Below the pieces are notes generated by a model, which saw only the letters and a program-made list of their open reading frames with translations, had not been told where the DNA came from and did not search any database. A DNA stretch of 64,000 nucleotides from positions 1,024,001-1,088,000 of the forward strand of contig CAVSGI010000010.1 of assembly GCA_963727445.1 (NCBI GenBank), read 5' to 3'. This DNA comes from an uncultured delta proteobacterium (GTDB lineage Bacteria; Myxococcota_A; Polyangia; Polyangiales; B10-G4). The translations under genes and the position numbers were made by a program. This document shows, piece after piece, positions 20,631-29,579 of this stretch (within the stretch, counting starts at the first letter, position 1; each line of letters begins with the position of its first letter).

Positions 20631-22201
20631 TCAGGGGAGCGCGCAGCCGCCAGCGCCGACGTTCAAGCGCTCGTGGACGCTGCTGCACGTGGCCCCCGGG
20701 AAGCTCGCTTCGTCGTTGACGCCGTCGACGATCGCGCCGCAGGGGAAGGCGCCGGTCGACGGATCCCATAGCGGCTCGTCGGTGAGCACTCCATCCACGT
20801 AGCGGTTCACGACGCTCGCCCCGATGTCCTGGCCGCCCGCGCCGGCGCCGCGCATCGGAGACGAGCCGGGGAGGTAGGCGCGGCAGGCGCCGAGGGCGGG
20901 ATCCGTGGTCCCGAGCCCCATGGGCGCGAACATGGGATCGATCTCGGCCGTCGTGCCGAAGGTGTTGCTCGACAGGACGCTGCCTTCGGCCTGGTCGCTG
21001 ATCGTGTACGCGGCGTCGGAGGTGCCGACGTCGAGGGCGTTGACGACAAGGAAGGACGAGTCGTCGACGGCCGCGTTGTCGGAGCTCACCTGAAAGACGA
21101 AGGCGTCGTCGCGGGCGCCGATGGAGGTGACGTTGCGCAGCACGACCCCCTCGGCGGCGTTCATGTTGAAGCCGTCGGAGGCGTCGACCGCGACGCTGTC
21201 GACGATCTCCAGGTCTCGGACGTGGTGCAGCTCCGGGCATGGATCCATGTCGTCGCAGTAGCTTCGCGCGCCGAAGCCCGCGCTGTTGGACTCGAGTGAG
21301 ATACTCCCGAGGATGCGCGTGCCCGTCGCCGCACGAGGAGCGCCCAGCACGCCTTCCGACCCGATGACGTTGAAAGGCTCGCACACCTTCTCGACGATGA
21401 CGTTCTCGATGGTCACATCGAAGCTCCCGTTGACCCACATGCCGTAGTCGGCGCTGTCGGTGCAGCAACAGTTGAACGCGGGATCCGGGAGGTTGGGGGT
21501 GTCGCGCCCGTTGACGTAGACCCGCCGCGCGGTGACGTGCTCCGAGCCGTGAAGATCACCGCCCCACGATGGAAGTCGTAGATCTCCGAGTCCTCGAGGA
21601 GCACGTACTGGGAGGTCCCCAGGAAGACCACGTGTCCGTTCGGCCACCGATTCAGGGTGTGGAAGAGCATGTTTCGCATCACGATGTGATCCGAGTCGGT
21701 CACCAGGCCGATGTTCGAGTAGTCGGTCGTCTCCTCGTCCCGCTGGTGCGCTTCGAAGCCGTCGATGACGACGTAGCTGCATCCGCGCACAAGCACGGCT
21801 TCCTGGAGGTTCGACAGCTCGACCGACCGCGGCGTCTCCGCGCGCACCGTGATCGGCCGGCCGCGCTCCCCGCTCGGACACGGCGCCCCGTCGCAGCTGT
21901 CGTTCTGGCAGTCGTAGGCGAGCCGCGAGGTGAAGACGCTGCCCTCCTTCACGACGAGCGTATCCCCCGGCGCGAGCTGCGCGATCGCGTGCGACCAGCT
22001 GGCGAAGGGTGCGGATTCGCTTCCGTCGGCGGAATCGTCACCATCGTCGGCGATCCAGAAGGTGCGCCCGGGCGGGGCCGCATCGGCATCGCCACCCACG
22101 TCGGCAGCGTCCAGGCCGGCGTCGGCCGAGGCATCGACGCTCGTCGCGTCGTCCCCACAGCCCCACAAAAGGAAGGCCGCGGAAAGCCAGGCCACTCTCA
22201 T
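20631..22201 (-). CDS. Right-handed parallel beta-helix lipoprotein (frame break near 21551)
   Basis: Lipobox LWGC; GDDSADGSESAPF...PGDTLVVKEG; beta-helix repeats; GQDIGA. Confidence 0.7.
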
Positions 22202-22227
22202 GCCCCGACTGTAGCAGAGGGCCCCTC

Positions 22228-22812
22228 TCAGAGGGGGTGAAGCTCGAGGACGCAGTCGAGGCAGTCGGTTACGATGACGCCGGGCGAGTAGGTTCCCATG
22301 CAGGTGACGGGGACTGGATCGGTGATGTTGATGGTGACCGTGGATCCGTCGATGGTGGCGGTTCCGGAGTAGCTCGGCGTCGAGAACTCGAAGTCGCAGC
22401 CACCGAGGGACCGAATGGTGAACACCTCCTCGCCGGCGGGATAGGCGCAGCTCATCACGTTCTGCCACATCCCGCTGACGTCATCGCAGGTGGAGACGCT
22501 GGTGTCGGGGCGGGTGTCCGTTCCCGTGTCGCGGGGTGGCACGGACGTGTCGGTGCGGATGCCGGTGTCGGTCGCGCCGTCCCGGACGCTGCCGTCCGGA
22601 AGACCACCATCGGGGACCACACCTTCACACGCAGGCGCGGCCGCGCAGTCCGGATCGTCGCAGTCGTAGAGGCGGTCGCCATCGTTGTCGGCGCCATCGG
22701 AGCACTCTCCGGCGTTCATCCCTTCGGTCCGGCCAGGGGCGCGACGGGAGCTGCCCTTGCACGCGGAGGCCAGCAGGCAGACAGCGAAGACGAAGAAAGC
22801 GAGGCGTTTCAT
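22228..22812 (-). CDS. Lipoprotein with Ca-binding-like CSDGADNDGDRLYDCDDPDC motif
   Basis: Lipobox ASAC; Asp/Cys motif. Confidence 0.75.
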   Translation of the reverse strand: MKRLAFFVFAVCLLASACKGSSRRAPGRTEGMNAGECSDGADNDGDRLYDCDDPDCAAAPACEGVVPDGGLPDGSVRDGATDTGIRTDTSVPPRDTGTDTRPDTSVSTCDDVSGMWQNVMSCAYPAGEEVFTIRSLGGCDFEFSTPSYSGTATIDGSTVTINITDPVPVTCMGTYSPGVIVTDCLDCVLELHPL

Positions 22813-22941
22813 GACGATCAGTGGATAGCGGGATCGGAGGTCCCCCGCACGCTGATACGGCTCACTGCTCCGAAAAATTCCGCCTCATCGGCCCGATCGC
22901 AGAGATCCGTATCTGTGGCCGGCGCCGAAGCTCGAACGCCC

Positions 22942-23094
22942 GGCCGCACGTGAGGACCCCGAGGGGCATCGGAGCGGTCGGGGATCGGGCGACGACGATT
23001 GACCACAGCACTGCGCGGTTCCCGAAACAAACGGGTGCTCCCACCCCCCCGACCCCACGACCGCCTCGACCCCTCGGGGTCCTCACGCACGGCC
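22942..23094. repeat. Long imperfect inverted repeat (about 48-nt arms, 58-nt loop)
   Basis: Perfect 18-bp core cgtgaggaccccgagggg (22949-22966) versus 23070-23087, with imperfect extensions. Confidence 0.85.
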
Positions 23095-23105
23095 TCCGGT
23101 GGTCA

Positions 23106-23216
23106 TCAATGGCGCAACTGGTCATTGCTGGTGGTGGCCTCGGCGGTCTGGAGCGCAGCCATGGTCTCGCGCGCCGATCCCACGGCATCGCCATACCTTG
23201 CGCCGGCGTTCATCAT
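23106..23216 (-). pseudogene. Fragment resembling the C-terminal half of a four-helix-bundle (IVP-like) protein
   Basis: MMNAGARYGDAVGSARETMAALQTAEA... recalls the A.GS..E...L..A motif. Confidence 0.45.
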
Positions 23217-23219
23217 TCA

Positions 23220-23376
23220 GCTCCTTCGCTCGACAAAGCGTCCCCCCGCCGCCGCGCGCAGGCCGGGTCAAGGCCGTCAGCCGCGCGAAGCGCGGGCGGG
23301 CCGCCACCCCGTGGCGGCCCGAGCGTTGACGCGGCCGAGCACAGCGGCACCCTCGAGGCGCCCCGAGCGAAGGAGC
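23220..23376. mobile_element. MITE/REP-like 157-bp element with 13-bp terminal inverted repeats
   Basis: gctccttcgctcg (23220-23232) / cgagcgaaggagc (23364-23376); internal hairpins. Confidence 0.55.
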
Positions 23377-23435
23377 CTCACCCATCCCACAAAGCAGGCG
23401 AGTTCGAGCCGAAGGCGATGAAGAGCCACCCGCGG

Positions 23436-23495
23436 ACGGCCACGGCCACGGTGACGGCCACGGCCACGGTTACGGCCACGGCCACGGTTACGGCC
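23436..23495. repeat. ACGGNN hexamer tandem repeat (10 units, 18-bp higher-order period)
   Basis: (acggcc acggcc acggtK) x3 plus acggcc; overlaps the permease stop codon. Confidence 0.9.
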
Positions 23496-25026
23496 CCGCC
23501 GCCGCCCCCGCCAAGAACTCCTCCGCCACCGCCCTCGCCGTCTCCCCCCGCTCGTCCACCGCCCGGTTCAGCGCCCGCATCGCCTGATTGTCGATGGCCC
23601 CTTCCAGACCTCGCAGCGCCGCGATCACCTCCGGCTCCTCCCGCGCCAGCCGCTCGCTGGCCAGCACGATGGCGTCGTAGGGCGGAATGGCGTGGCGGTC
23701 GTCCTCGAGGACCCGCAGCCCGTACGCGTCGATGCGCCCATCGGTCGAATAGGCGCTGATCACGTCGACGCTCTCGTTCTCGATCGCCTCGTACATGAGC
23801 GACGGATCCATCACGCGTTGCTCCGCGAACGCGAGGTCGTAGCTCTCCTCGATGCTCTGCCACTCGGGCCGCTCGAAGAACTCGAAGTCGCCGCCGATCG
23901 ACATGGCGAGCGCGAGCACGCCCAGATCCGAGATGCGCGAGACGCCGTCCGCTTCGGCGGCGCTCTCCTTCATCGCGAGGCAATAAGCGTTTTCGAAACC
24001 GAGCGCCGCGACGAGGACCACGCCGTACTCCGACTCGAGGCGCTCGCCCACCTCGCGGAGCATCGCCTCCCGATCCGCCGGCACCTCGTCCTCCCCCAGG
24101 ACCGTCGCCCAGATCGTGCCGCTGTAGTCCACGTAGACGTCGATCTCGCCCTGCCGGAGCGCGTCGAAGGCGACGGTGGAACCGAGGGAAGCCACGGTCT
24201 CGGTCGGGCGATCGGTCTCGGCGCTGACGTGCTGCGCCAGGATCTCCGCCAGCACGTACTGCTCGGTGAAGGTCTTGGCGCCGATGCGGATCGGCTGGTC
24301 ACCGCCCATCGACACCACCGAGCCGACGCTGCTCACGAACGCGAAGAGGTAGAGCGCGGCGATCCCGCCGGCGCCCAGACGGACCAAAGTCGCGTGCCGC
24401 TGACGAAGCCCGACCTCCACCGAGCGCACCAGAAGATCGAGGAGCTGCGCCAACAGCGCCGCGGCCACGCAGCCGACCAGCACCGCGGTGTAGTTGCGCA
24501 TCTGCAGGCCGCCGAAGATGTAGTTGCCGAGACTGGGCGCCCCGACCGGCGTCGAGAGCGTCGCCATCCCGACGCACCACACGGTCGATGTCCGGAGCCC
24601 GGAGACGATCACCGGCAGCGCCAGGGGCAGCTCGACCATCCGGAGCCGCTGGCGATCCGTCATCCCCACCCCGCGCGCGGCTTCGACCATCGCCGGGTCG
24701 ACCTCCTTCACGCCAGTGATGGTCCCCATGAGGATCGGGAAGATGCAGTAGAGCGTCAGCCCGATGATGGCGGGTGTGTAGCCGATCCCGCTGGCGCCGA
24801 GGAAGGCCAGGAGCGGCACCATGATGGCGAGCATCGCGAGCCCCGGCACCGTCTGGATCACGCTCGCCGTGCCCACCGCGATCTTCTCGAGGGTCGGGAT
24901 CCGCGTGGAGGCGATCCCCAGCGGCACGCTGATCACCGTGGCGACGAGCAACGACAAGAGGGACAGCCCCAGATGCGCCGACAGGAGCTCCGGGAGTTGG
25001 TCGAGCTGCTCGAGGAGCCCGTCCAT
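23488..25026 (-). CDS. Osmoprotectant (glycine betaine/choline) ABC transporter, fused permease and substrate-binding protein
   Basis: QTVPGLA, EAARGVGMT...VELPLALP, GAKTFTEQ, YSTDGRI, PPYDA. Confidence 0.93.
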   Translation of the reverse strand: MDGLLEQLDQLPELLSAHLGLSLLSLLVATVISVPLGIASTRIPTLEKIAVGTASVIQTVPGLAMLAIMVPLLAFLGASGIGYTPAIIGLTLYCIFPILMGTITGVKEVDPAMVEAARGVGMTDRQRLRMVELPLALPVIVSGLRTSTVWCVGMATLSTPVGAPSLGNYIFGGLQMRNYTAVLVGCVAAALLAQLLDLLVRSVEVGLRQRHATLVRLGAGGIAALYLFAFVSSVGSVVSMGGDQPIRIGAKTFTEQYVLAEILAQHVSAETDRPTETVASLGSTVAFDALRQGEIDVYVDYSGTIWATVLGEDEVPADREAMLREVGERLESEYGVVLVAALGFENAYCLAMKESAAEADGVSRISDLGVLALAMSIGGDFEFFERPEWQSIEESYDLAFAEQRVMDPSLMYEAIENESVDVISAYSTDGRIDAYGLRVLEDDRHAIPPYDAIVLASERLAREEPEVIAALRGLEGAIDNQAMRALNRAVDERGETARAVAEEFLAGAAAGP

Positions 25027-25794
25027 TCAGCCCTCGTCCCCCGCGATCAGCGCCTCGACGAAGTCGGCCTGCTCCTTCGGCGTGCTCATGAGCTGAGCGA
25101 CGTAGTCGTCCGCCGGCTCGGTCATCAGCTCGCGCGGCGTGCCCACCTGCACCAGCTTCCCGGCGTTCATCACCGCGATGCGATCGCCGAGGACCAGCGC
25201 CTCGACCATGTCGTGCGTCACGAAGATGGCGGTGAGCCCCGTCTCCTTTCGGATGCGCAGGAAGAACTGCTGGATGCGGTCGCGCGTCAGAGGATCGAGC
25301 GCACCGAAGGGCTCGTCGAGGAGCATCACCTTCGGCTCCGCCGCGAGGGCCCGCGCCACGCCCACTCGCTGCTGCTGACCGCCCGAGAGCTCGGAGGGCC
25401 GGCGATCGCGCACCTCTTTCGGATCGAGCTCGACGATCTCGAGGAGCTCGTCCACGCGCGCGCGGATGCGTTCCTTCTCCCAGCCGAGCAGGCGCGGGGT
25501 GATCCCCACGTTCTCCGCGATCGTCATGTGCGGAAAGAGCCCGATCTTCTGGAACGCGTAGCCGATGCGGCGGCGCAGCTCGTGGACCGGCTGTTCGGTG
25601 ACGTCCTCGCCGTCGAAGAGGATCTGGCCGCTCGTCGGCTCGATGAGCCGATTGATCATCTTGAGCGTGGTCGTCTTGCCCGAGCCCGACCCGCCGAGGA
25701 GCACCAGGAGTGTCCCCTCCTCCACCGTGAGCGAGACCGAGCTCACCGCCGTGAAGTCGGCGTAGCGCTTGGTGAGGTCGACCAGCTCGATCAC
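25027..25794 (-). CDS. Osmoprotectant ABC transporter ATP-binding subunit
   Basis: GGSGSGKTT, LSGGQQQRVG, LLDEPFGALDP, FVTHD. Confidence 0.95.
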   Translation of the reverse strand: MIELVDLTKRYADFTAVSSVSLTVEEGTLLVLLGGSGSGKTTTLKMINRLIEPTSGQILFDGEDVTEQPVHELRRRIGYAFQKIGLFPHMTIAENVGITPRLLGWEKERIRARVDELLEIVELDPKEVRDRRPSELSGGQQQRVGVARALAAEPKVMLLDEPFGALDPLTRDRIQQFFLRIRKETGLTAIFVTHDMVEALVLGDRIAVMNAGKLVQVGTPRELMTEPADDYVAQLMSTPKEQADFVEALIAGDEG

Positions 25795-25992
25795 GGCGGG
25801 ACCGTATCAGCACTTCGCGATGGGGCATCGGGCATCGGCAAAACCCGTGTTACGAGCCGCGAACCGCCCCATTTGAGGACCTCGCCTCGCGTTTTCGCCT
25901 CATTTCCCCGAGAAAGGCGCCGGCGGCGCGCTGAACACACGTGTACGCCCAATAGAAGCCAAATCTTTTCGGAGTCGGTATTCTGCGTGCGA

Positions 25993-28398
25993 ATGGCCGG
26001 ACGCGACGATACCGAGCCACCCGACCTCATGGGACGGGTTCAAGAGGCTCGGGTGATTCCGACCCTCCAGCAAGTCCCGGAGACGAAGGAAGAGATTCGC
26101 CGGCGGCGGATCACCCGCATCTCCACCGTCATCGCGATCATCGTGATCGTCACCATCGCGGTCTTCGTCGGTCTTCACATCTCCCACCGCTCCGCGATCA
26201 AGGAAGCCGCGCTGCTCGCAGGCGACGATGGACGCCCCGCGTCGATCGACGCCGCCCTGGCGCTGCTCGCAGACGAAACGGATCCCGACGACCTCGCGCT
26301 TCGCGCGCGTCTTCTCGCGACGCGCGTCCTCGAAGCGAACACCGACGACACCGAGCAGGTCACCTCGCTCCTCGAACAGCTCCCGGCGGAGCGCTCGATG
26401 AACGCGGTCGTGGCTTCCACGTACCTGGCTCTGCACGCCAACGAGCTCGAGCGCGCGCAATCGGAGGCCGCGCTGATCACCGTCGGCGGCACCTACGCAT
26501 CGGAGGCCGCGCACGCGCGCGCCCTGGTCGCGGTCGCCCTCGGCAATCCGGAGGCGGCGACGGCCGAGGCCGAGCTGGCCCTCGAGCGCCGCCCGGGCGC
26601 GCCCCGTCACGCCGCTCTGTTGGCGCTGATCCTCTCGCGAAAGGGCGAGCACGAAGCCGCCTTCGAGACCCTCGACGCCGCGACCGATCCGGAGAGCTCA
26701 CCGCGGATCCGCGTGACGCGCGCGCGGATCCTCCTCGAGGCCGGCGAGGATCCCGATCGGGCCGTCACCGAAGCGGAAGCCGTGCTGGGCGAGCTCTCCG
26801 ACCAGGCCCTGTCTCCCGAGATCGCGTGGGCCCGCTTGATCCGCGGTTGGGCCGCGGCGGGGCGCGGCGACTCGCAGGCAGCGCTCGCGGACGCCCGCGC
26901 CGCCGACGAGCAGCGCCCCCCGGCGGACGAGATGTTCGTGGTCGCCCTGGCCGAGACTTATCTGAAGGCGGGCGCCCTCGACGCGGCCGCCGAGGCGCTG
27001 GACTCGGTGCAGGCGCGAACGGCACACATTCGCGGGCGGCAGGCGCAGATCCGCGCCGAGCTGGCGCTCGCCCGTGGCAACCGGGCCGCCGCCGAGGCCG
27101 CGCTGGCCGAGGCCCTGCCGGGGACGCGCTCCGACCTGATCCGCGCGCGGCTCCTCGACGCCGCCGGCGACACGGAAGAGGCGAAGGCGCTCTACGCCCA
27201 GGCGGCGGAGGTCCCGGCCTTCTTCGTGGAGGCGAGCGCGCGCCTCGCGACCCTCGAGCTCAAGAGCGGGGACGCGCAGGAGGCCTCGGCCAGATTGGCG
27301 AGCGTGCTCGAGCGGACGCCGAGCCACCCGCTGGTCGCGCCCGTGGCGGTGAGGGCGAAGCTCGCCCTCGGCGACGCCGAGGGAGCGATGCGCATCGCGA
27401 CCCGCGCCCTCGAAGACCACCCGGAGGACCCCGATCTGCTCGCGGCCCGCGCCGCGGTGGAGATCGACAGTGGCGACGACGAGGCAGCGCTGCGTTCGCT
27501 TCGGGCGGCGATCGAGCGCCGGGACGACGACCCGCATCTGCACCTCATGCGCGCCAAAGCGGCGCGTCGCGTGGGCGAGATCGCCGAAGCGCGAGAGGCC
27601 TTCGACGCGGTTCTCGAGCGCACGCCGGACAACGAGGAGGCGCTGTTGGCGGCCGCCGAGCTCGCGGTGGAGGACGCCGATCCCGAGCGCGCCGAGCAGG
27701 TGCTCGACTTGATCGACGAGCACCACCTGCATGGCAAGGAGATCGACTACGCGCGCGCGGGCTTTCTCGTCGGCTCGGCCGCGGGACAGCGGGGCTTTCT
27801 GCCGGTGCGGCGCGCCCTGGCGCGCAATCAGCGCGACCCCTTCCTGCAGAACGCCCTGGGCGACCTCTTCCTCGAAGCGGAGGAGTGGCGCGCCGCCGCC
27901 AACGCCTTCACCGCCGCGGGCAACTATGCGGAAGAGCCCGACGCGCACGCCATCCTCGGAAAGACAATCGCCCAGATCCGCGTGGGGGTCCTGGGTGTGG
28001 CGCTGTCCAATCTCGAGGCCGCGCGGGAAGCCGGCGCGGAGCTCGGCCCGGCCTTCGAGGCGCGGGTGCTGGCCGCGGAGGGTCGCGTCTTGATGATGAC
28101 CGGCGGCTGGGCGCGCGCCGAGGAGAAGGCGCGGGCCTCCATCGCCGCCGACCCCAAGTGCAGCGAAGGCCATCTGCTGCTGGCCGACATCCTTCAGCAC
28201 AAGAACGACAATTCACTCCCCGAGCTCCGTCTCGCGGCCGAGGGACGGATCCCCCAGCCCGAAGCGATGGCGCGCATCTACCTCGCCGACCAGGAGGCCG
28301 AAGACGCGTGCACCTACGCCCGGGGCTACCTCCGCGCCGCCCCCCAGGGCCGCTACGCAGAGCGTATCCGGGACCTGGCCCGGCACTGTCCGCGCTGA
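25993..28398 (+). CDS. Membrane-anchored tetratricopeptide repeat protein
   Basis: N-terminal TM, then many Ala/Leu-rich TPR-like helical repeats. Confidence 0.8.
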   Translation: MAGRDDTEPPDLMGRVQEARVIPTLQQVPETKEEIRRRRITRISTVIAIIVIVTIAVFVGLHISHRSAIKEAALLAGDDGRPASIDAALALLADETDPDDLALRARLLATRVLEANTDDTEQVTSLLEQLPAERSMNAVVASTYLALHANELERAQSEAALITVGGTYASEAAHARALVAVALGNPEAATAEAELALERRPGAPRHAALLALILSRKGEHEAAFETLDAATDPESSPRIRVTRARILLEAGEDPDRAVTEAEAVLGELSDQALSPEIAWARLIRGWAAAGRGDSQAALADARAADEQRPPADEMFVVALAETYLKAGALDAAAEALDSVQARTAHIRGRQAQIRAELALARGNRAAAEAALAEALPGTRSDLIRARLLDAAGDTEEAKALYAQAAEVPAFFVEASARLATLELKSGDAQEASARLASVLERTPSHPLVAPVAVRAKLALGDAEGAMRIATRALEDHPEDPDLLAARAAVEIDSGDDEAALRSLRAAIERRDDDPHLHLMRAKAARRVGEIAEAREAFDAVLERTPDNEEALLAAAELAVEDADPERAEQVLDLIDEHHLHGKEIDYARAGFLVGSAAGQRGFLPVRRALARNQRDPFLQNALGDLFLEAEEWRAAANAFTAAGNYAEEPDAHAILGKTIAQIRVGVLGVALSNLEAAREAGAELGPAFEARVLAAEGRVLMMTGGWARAEEKARASIAADPKCSEGHLLLADILQHKNDNSLPELRLAAEGRIPQPEAMARIYLADQEAEDACTYARGYLRAAPQGRYAERIRDLARHCPR

Positions 28399-28440
28399 GG
28401 CCGGCGCACTGATCTGCACCGGGCCCGGGCCCCAAGATCC

Positions 28441-29166
28441 CGAGGGGAGGGTCCCCCTCGTCGCCTCGCGCTTCGCGCTCGGCTCTCACGTCTGCCCGGT
28501 CGCGGTGTTTGAGACTGACCCAGAGGGTCCATCTCTGAATGGCCCGGGACCTCTGCGGGCAGCGTTCGCACCCCTCGCGGGCGCCTGACGGCGCCCGGGT
28601 CGCGTTGCTTCGCAACGCTCCACTCCGTCCGGGTTACCGAGGAGCGCTTGATGGGGACGGTCTACACTTTTCAACTTTCGCTGGGTCGCGCGCATGCGGG
28701 ATAGCGCTTGATGGGGACGGTCTACACTTTTCAACTTTCGCTGGGTCGCGCGCATGCGGGATGAAACCCGGGAGGGCGGGGCGAAAGTTGAAAAGTGTAG
28801 ACCGTCCCCGTTAGCCCGCATGCGGGATGGAACCCGGGCGGGCGGGGCGAAAGTTGAAAAGTGTAGACCGTCCCCGTTAGCCCGCATGCGGGATGAAACC
28901 CGGGCGGGCGGGGCGAAAGTTGAAAAGTGTAGACCGTCCCCGTTAGGCCTGGTCCCCGTTAGGCCTGTCCCCGTTAGGCCTGCAGGAACCGGGGCGGCCG
29001 CCAGGGCCGCGACCCGGCGCCGCAGGCGCCGAGGGGGGCCGAACGCTGCCCGCACACCATCAGATCATTGCCAATGAGTATGGCGAGCCCATCTGTTCCA
29101 CACCGGGCGGGCAGTCGTGAGAGCCGAGCGCGAAGCGCGAGGCGACAGGGGGGGCTTGTCCCCCGC
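28441..29166. repeat. Two inverted copies of a ~180-nt multi-hairpin scaffold, each with a distinct 45-nt insert
   Basis: 39-nt IR 28460-28498 / 29108-29146 (1 mismatch); 15-nt IR 28554-28568 / 29040-29054; inserts 28509-28553 and 29055-29099. Confidence 0.85.
28653..28980. repeat. REP-like array of 29-bp core ggggacggtctacacttttcaactttcgc (2 direct + 3 inverted copies)
   Basis: Copies at 28653 and 28713 (60-bp period) and reverse complement at 28781, 28847, 28913 (66-bp period), then gtccccgttaggcct x3. Confidence 0.92.
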
Positions 29167-29534
29167 GGCTCACGATTGGTCACATTTTCCGCGGCGATGC
29201 CCGGCCCTGACGGACGATTCGGCCGAGGCGAGCGCCCGCCTCCCGGGTTCCGTCCGTCCCGACGGACGATTCGGCGGGGACGGACCGCTCTCGGAGGCAA
29301 CGGGCGATGGCTCGGACTCCGGTCCGCGTGGGCGGACCGCTCTCGGAGGCAACGGGCGATGGCTCGGACTCCGGTCCGCGTGGGCGGACCGCTCTCGGAG
29401 GCAACGGGCGATGGCTCGGACTCCGGTCCGCCGCGCGCGCGCATTCCTCCCGACCTGCGGTACCCCGCGCGCTCTGCGGTACCCCCTGCGCGCTCGATGC
29501 ATCTCGAGCCCGGAGAAATGACCAATCGTGAGCC
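29167..29534. mobile_element. MITE-like element with 16-bp terminal inverted repeats and internal 52-bp tandem repeats
   Basis: ggctcacgattggtca (29167-29182) / tgaccaatcgtgagcc (29519-29534); 52-bp units start at 29281, 29333, 29385. Confidence 0.65.
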
Positions 29535-29579
29535 CGGAGTGGGCCCATCCTCACGACCGGGAGCCGACTGAGCTGCCTC

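Noticed and set aside
23261..23340. SRP RNA or tRNA-like gene
   Set aside because: Lacks the SRP domain IV motif and tRNA T/D-loop consensus; better explained as the interior of a TIR-bounded element
23692..25992. N-terminal 767 aa of the 1568-aa ORF
   Set aside because: Antisense to the ABC transporter genes; the real TPR gene starts near 25993
28653..28941. CRISPR array (29-bp repeats, 60-66-bp period)
   Set aside because: Intervening sequences are near-identical rather than unique, repeats switch orientation, and no cas genes are present
29281..29431. CRISPR array or coding repeat
   Set aside because: Pure tandem 52-bp duplication without spacers; the period is not a multiple of 3
28486..29571. 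ORFs across the repeat region (e.g. KVEKCRPSP repeats)
   Set aside because: Translations of DNA palindromes and repeats, open on both strands, with no RBS or coding bias
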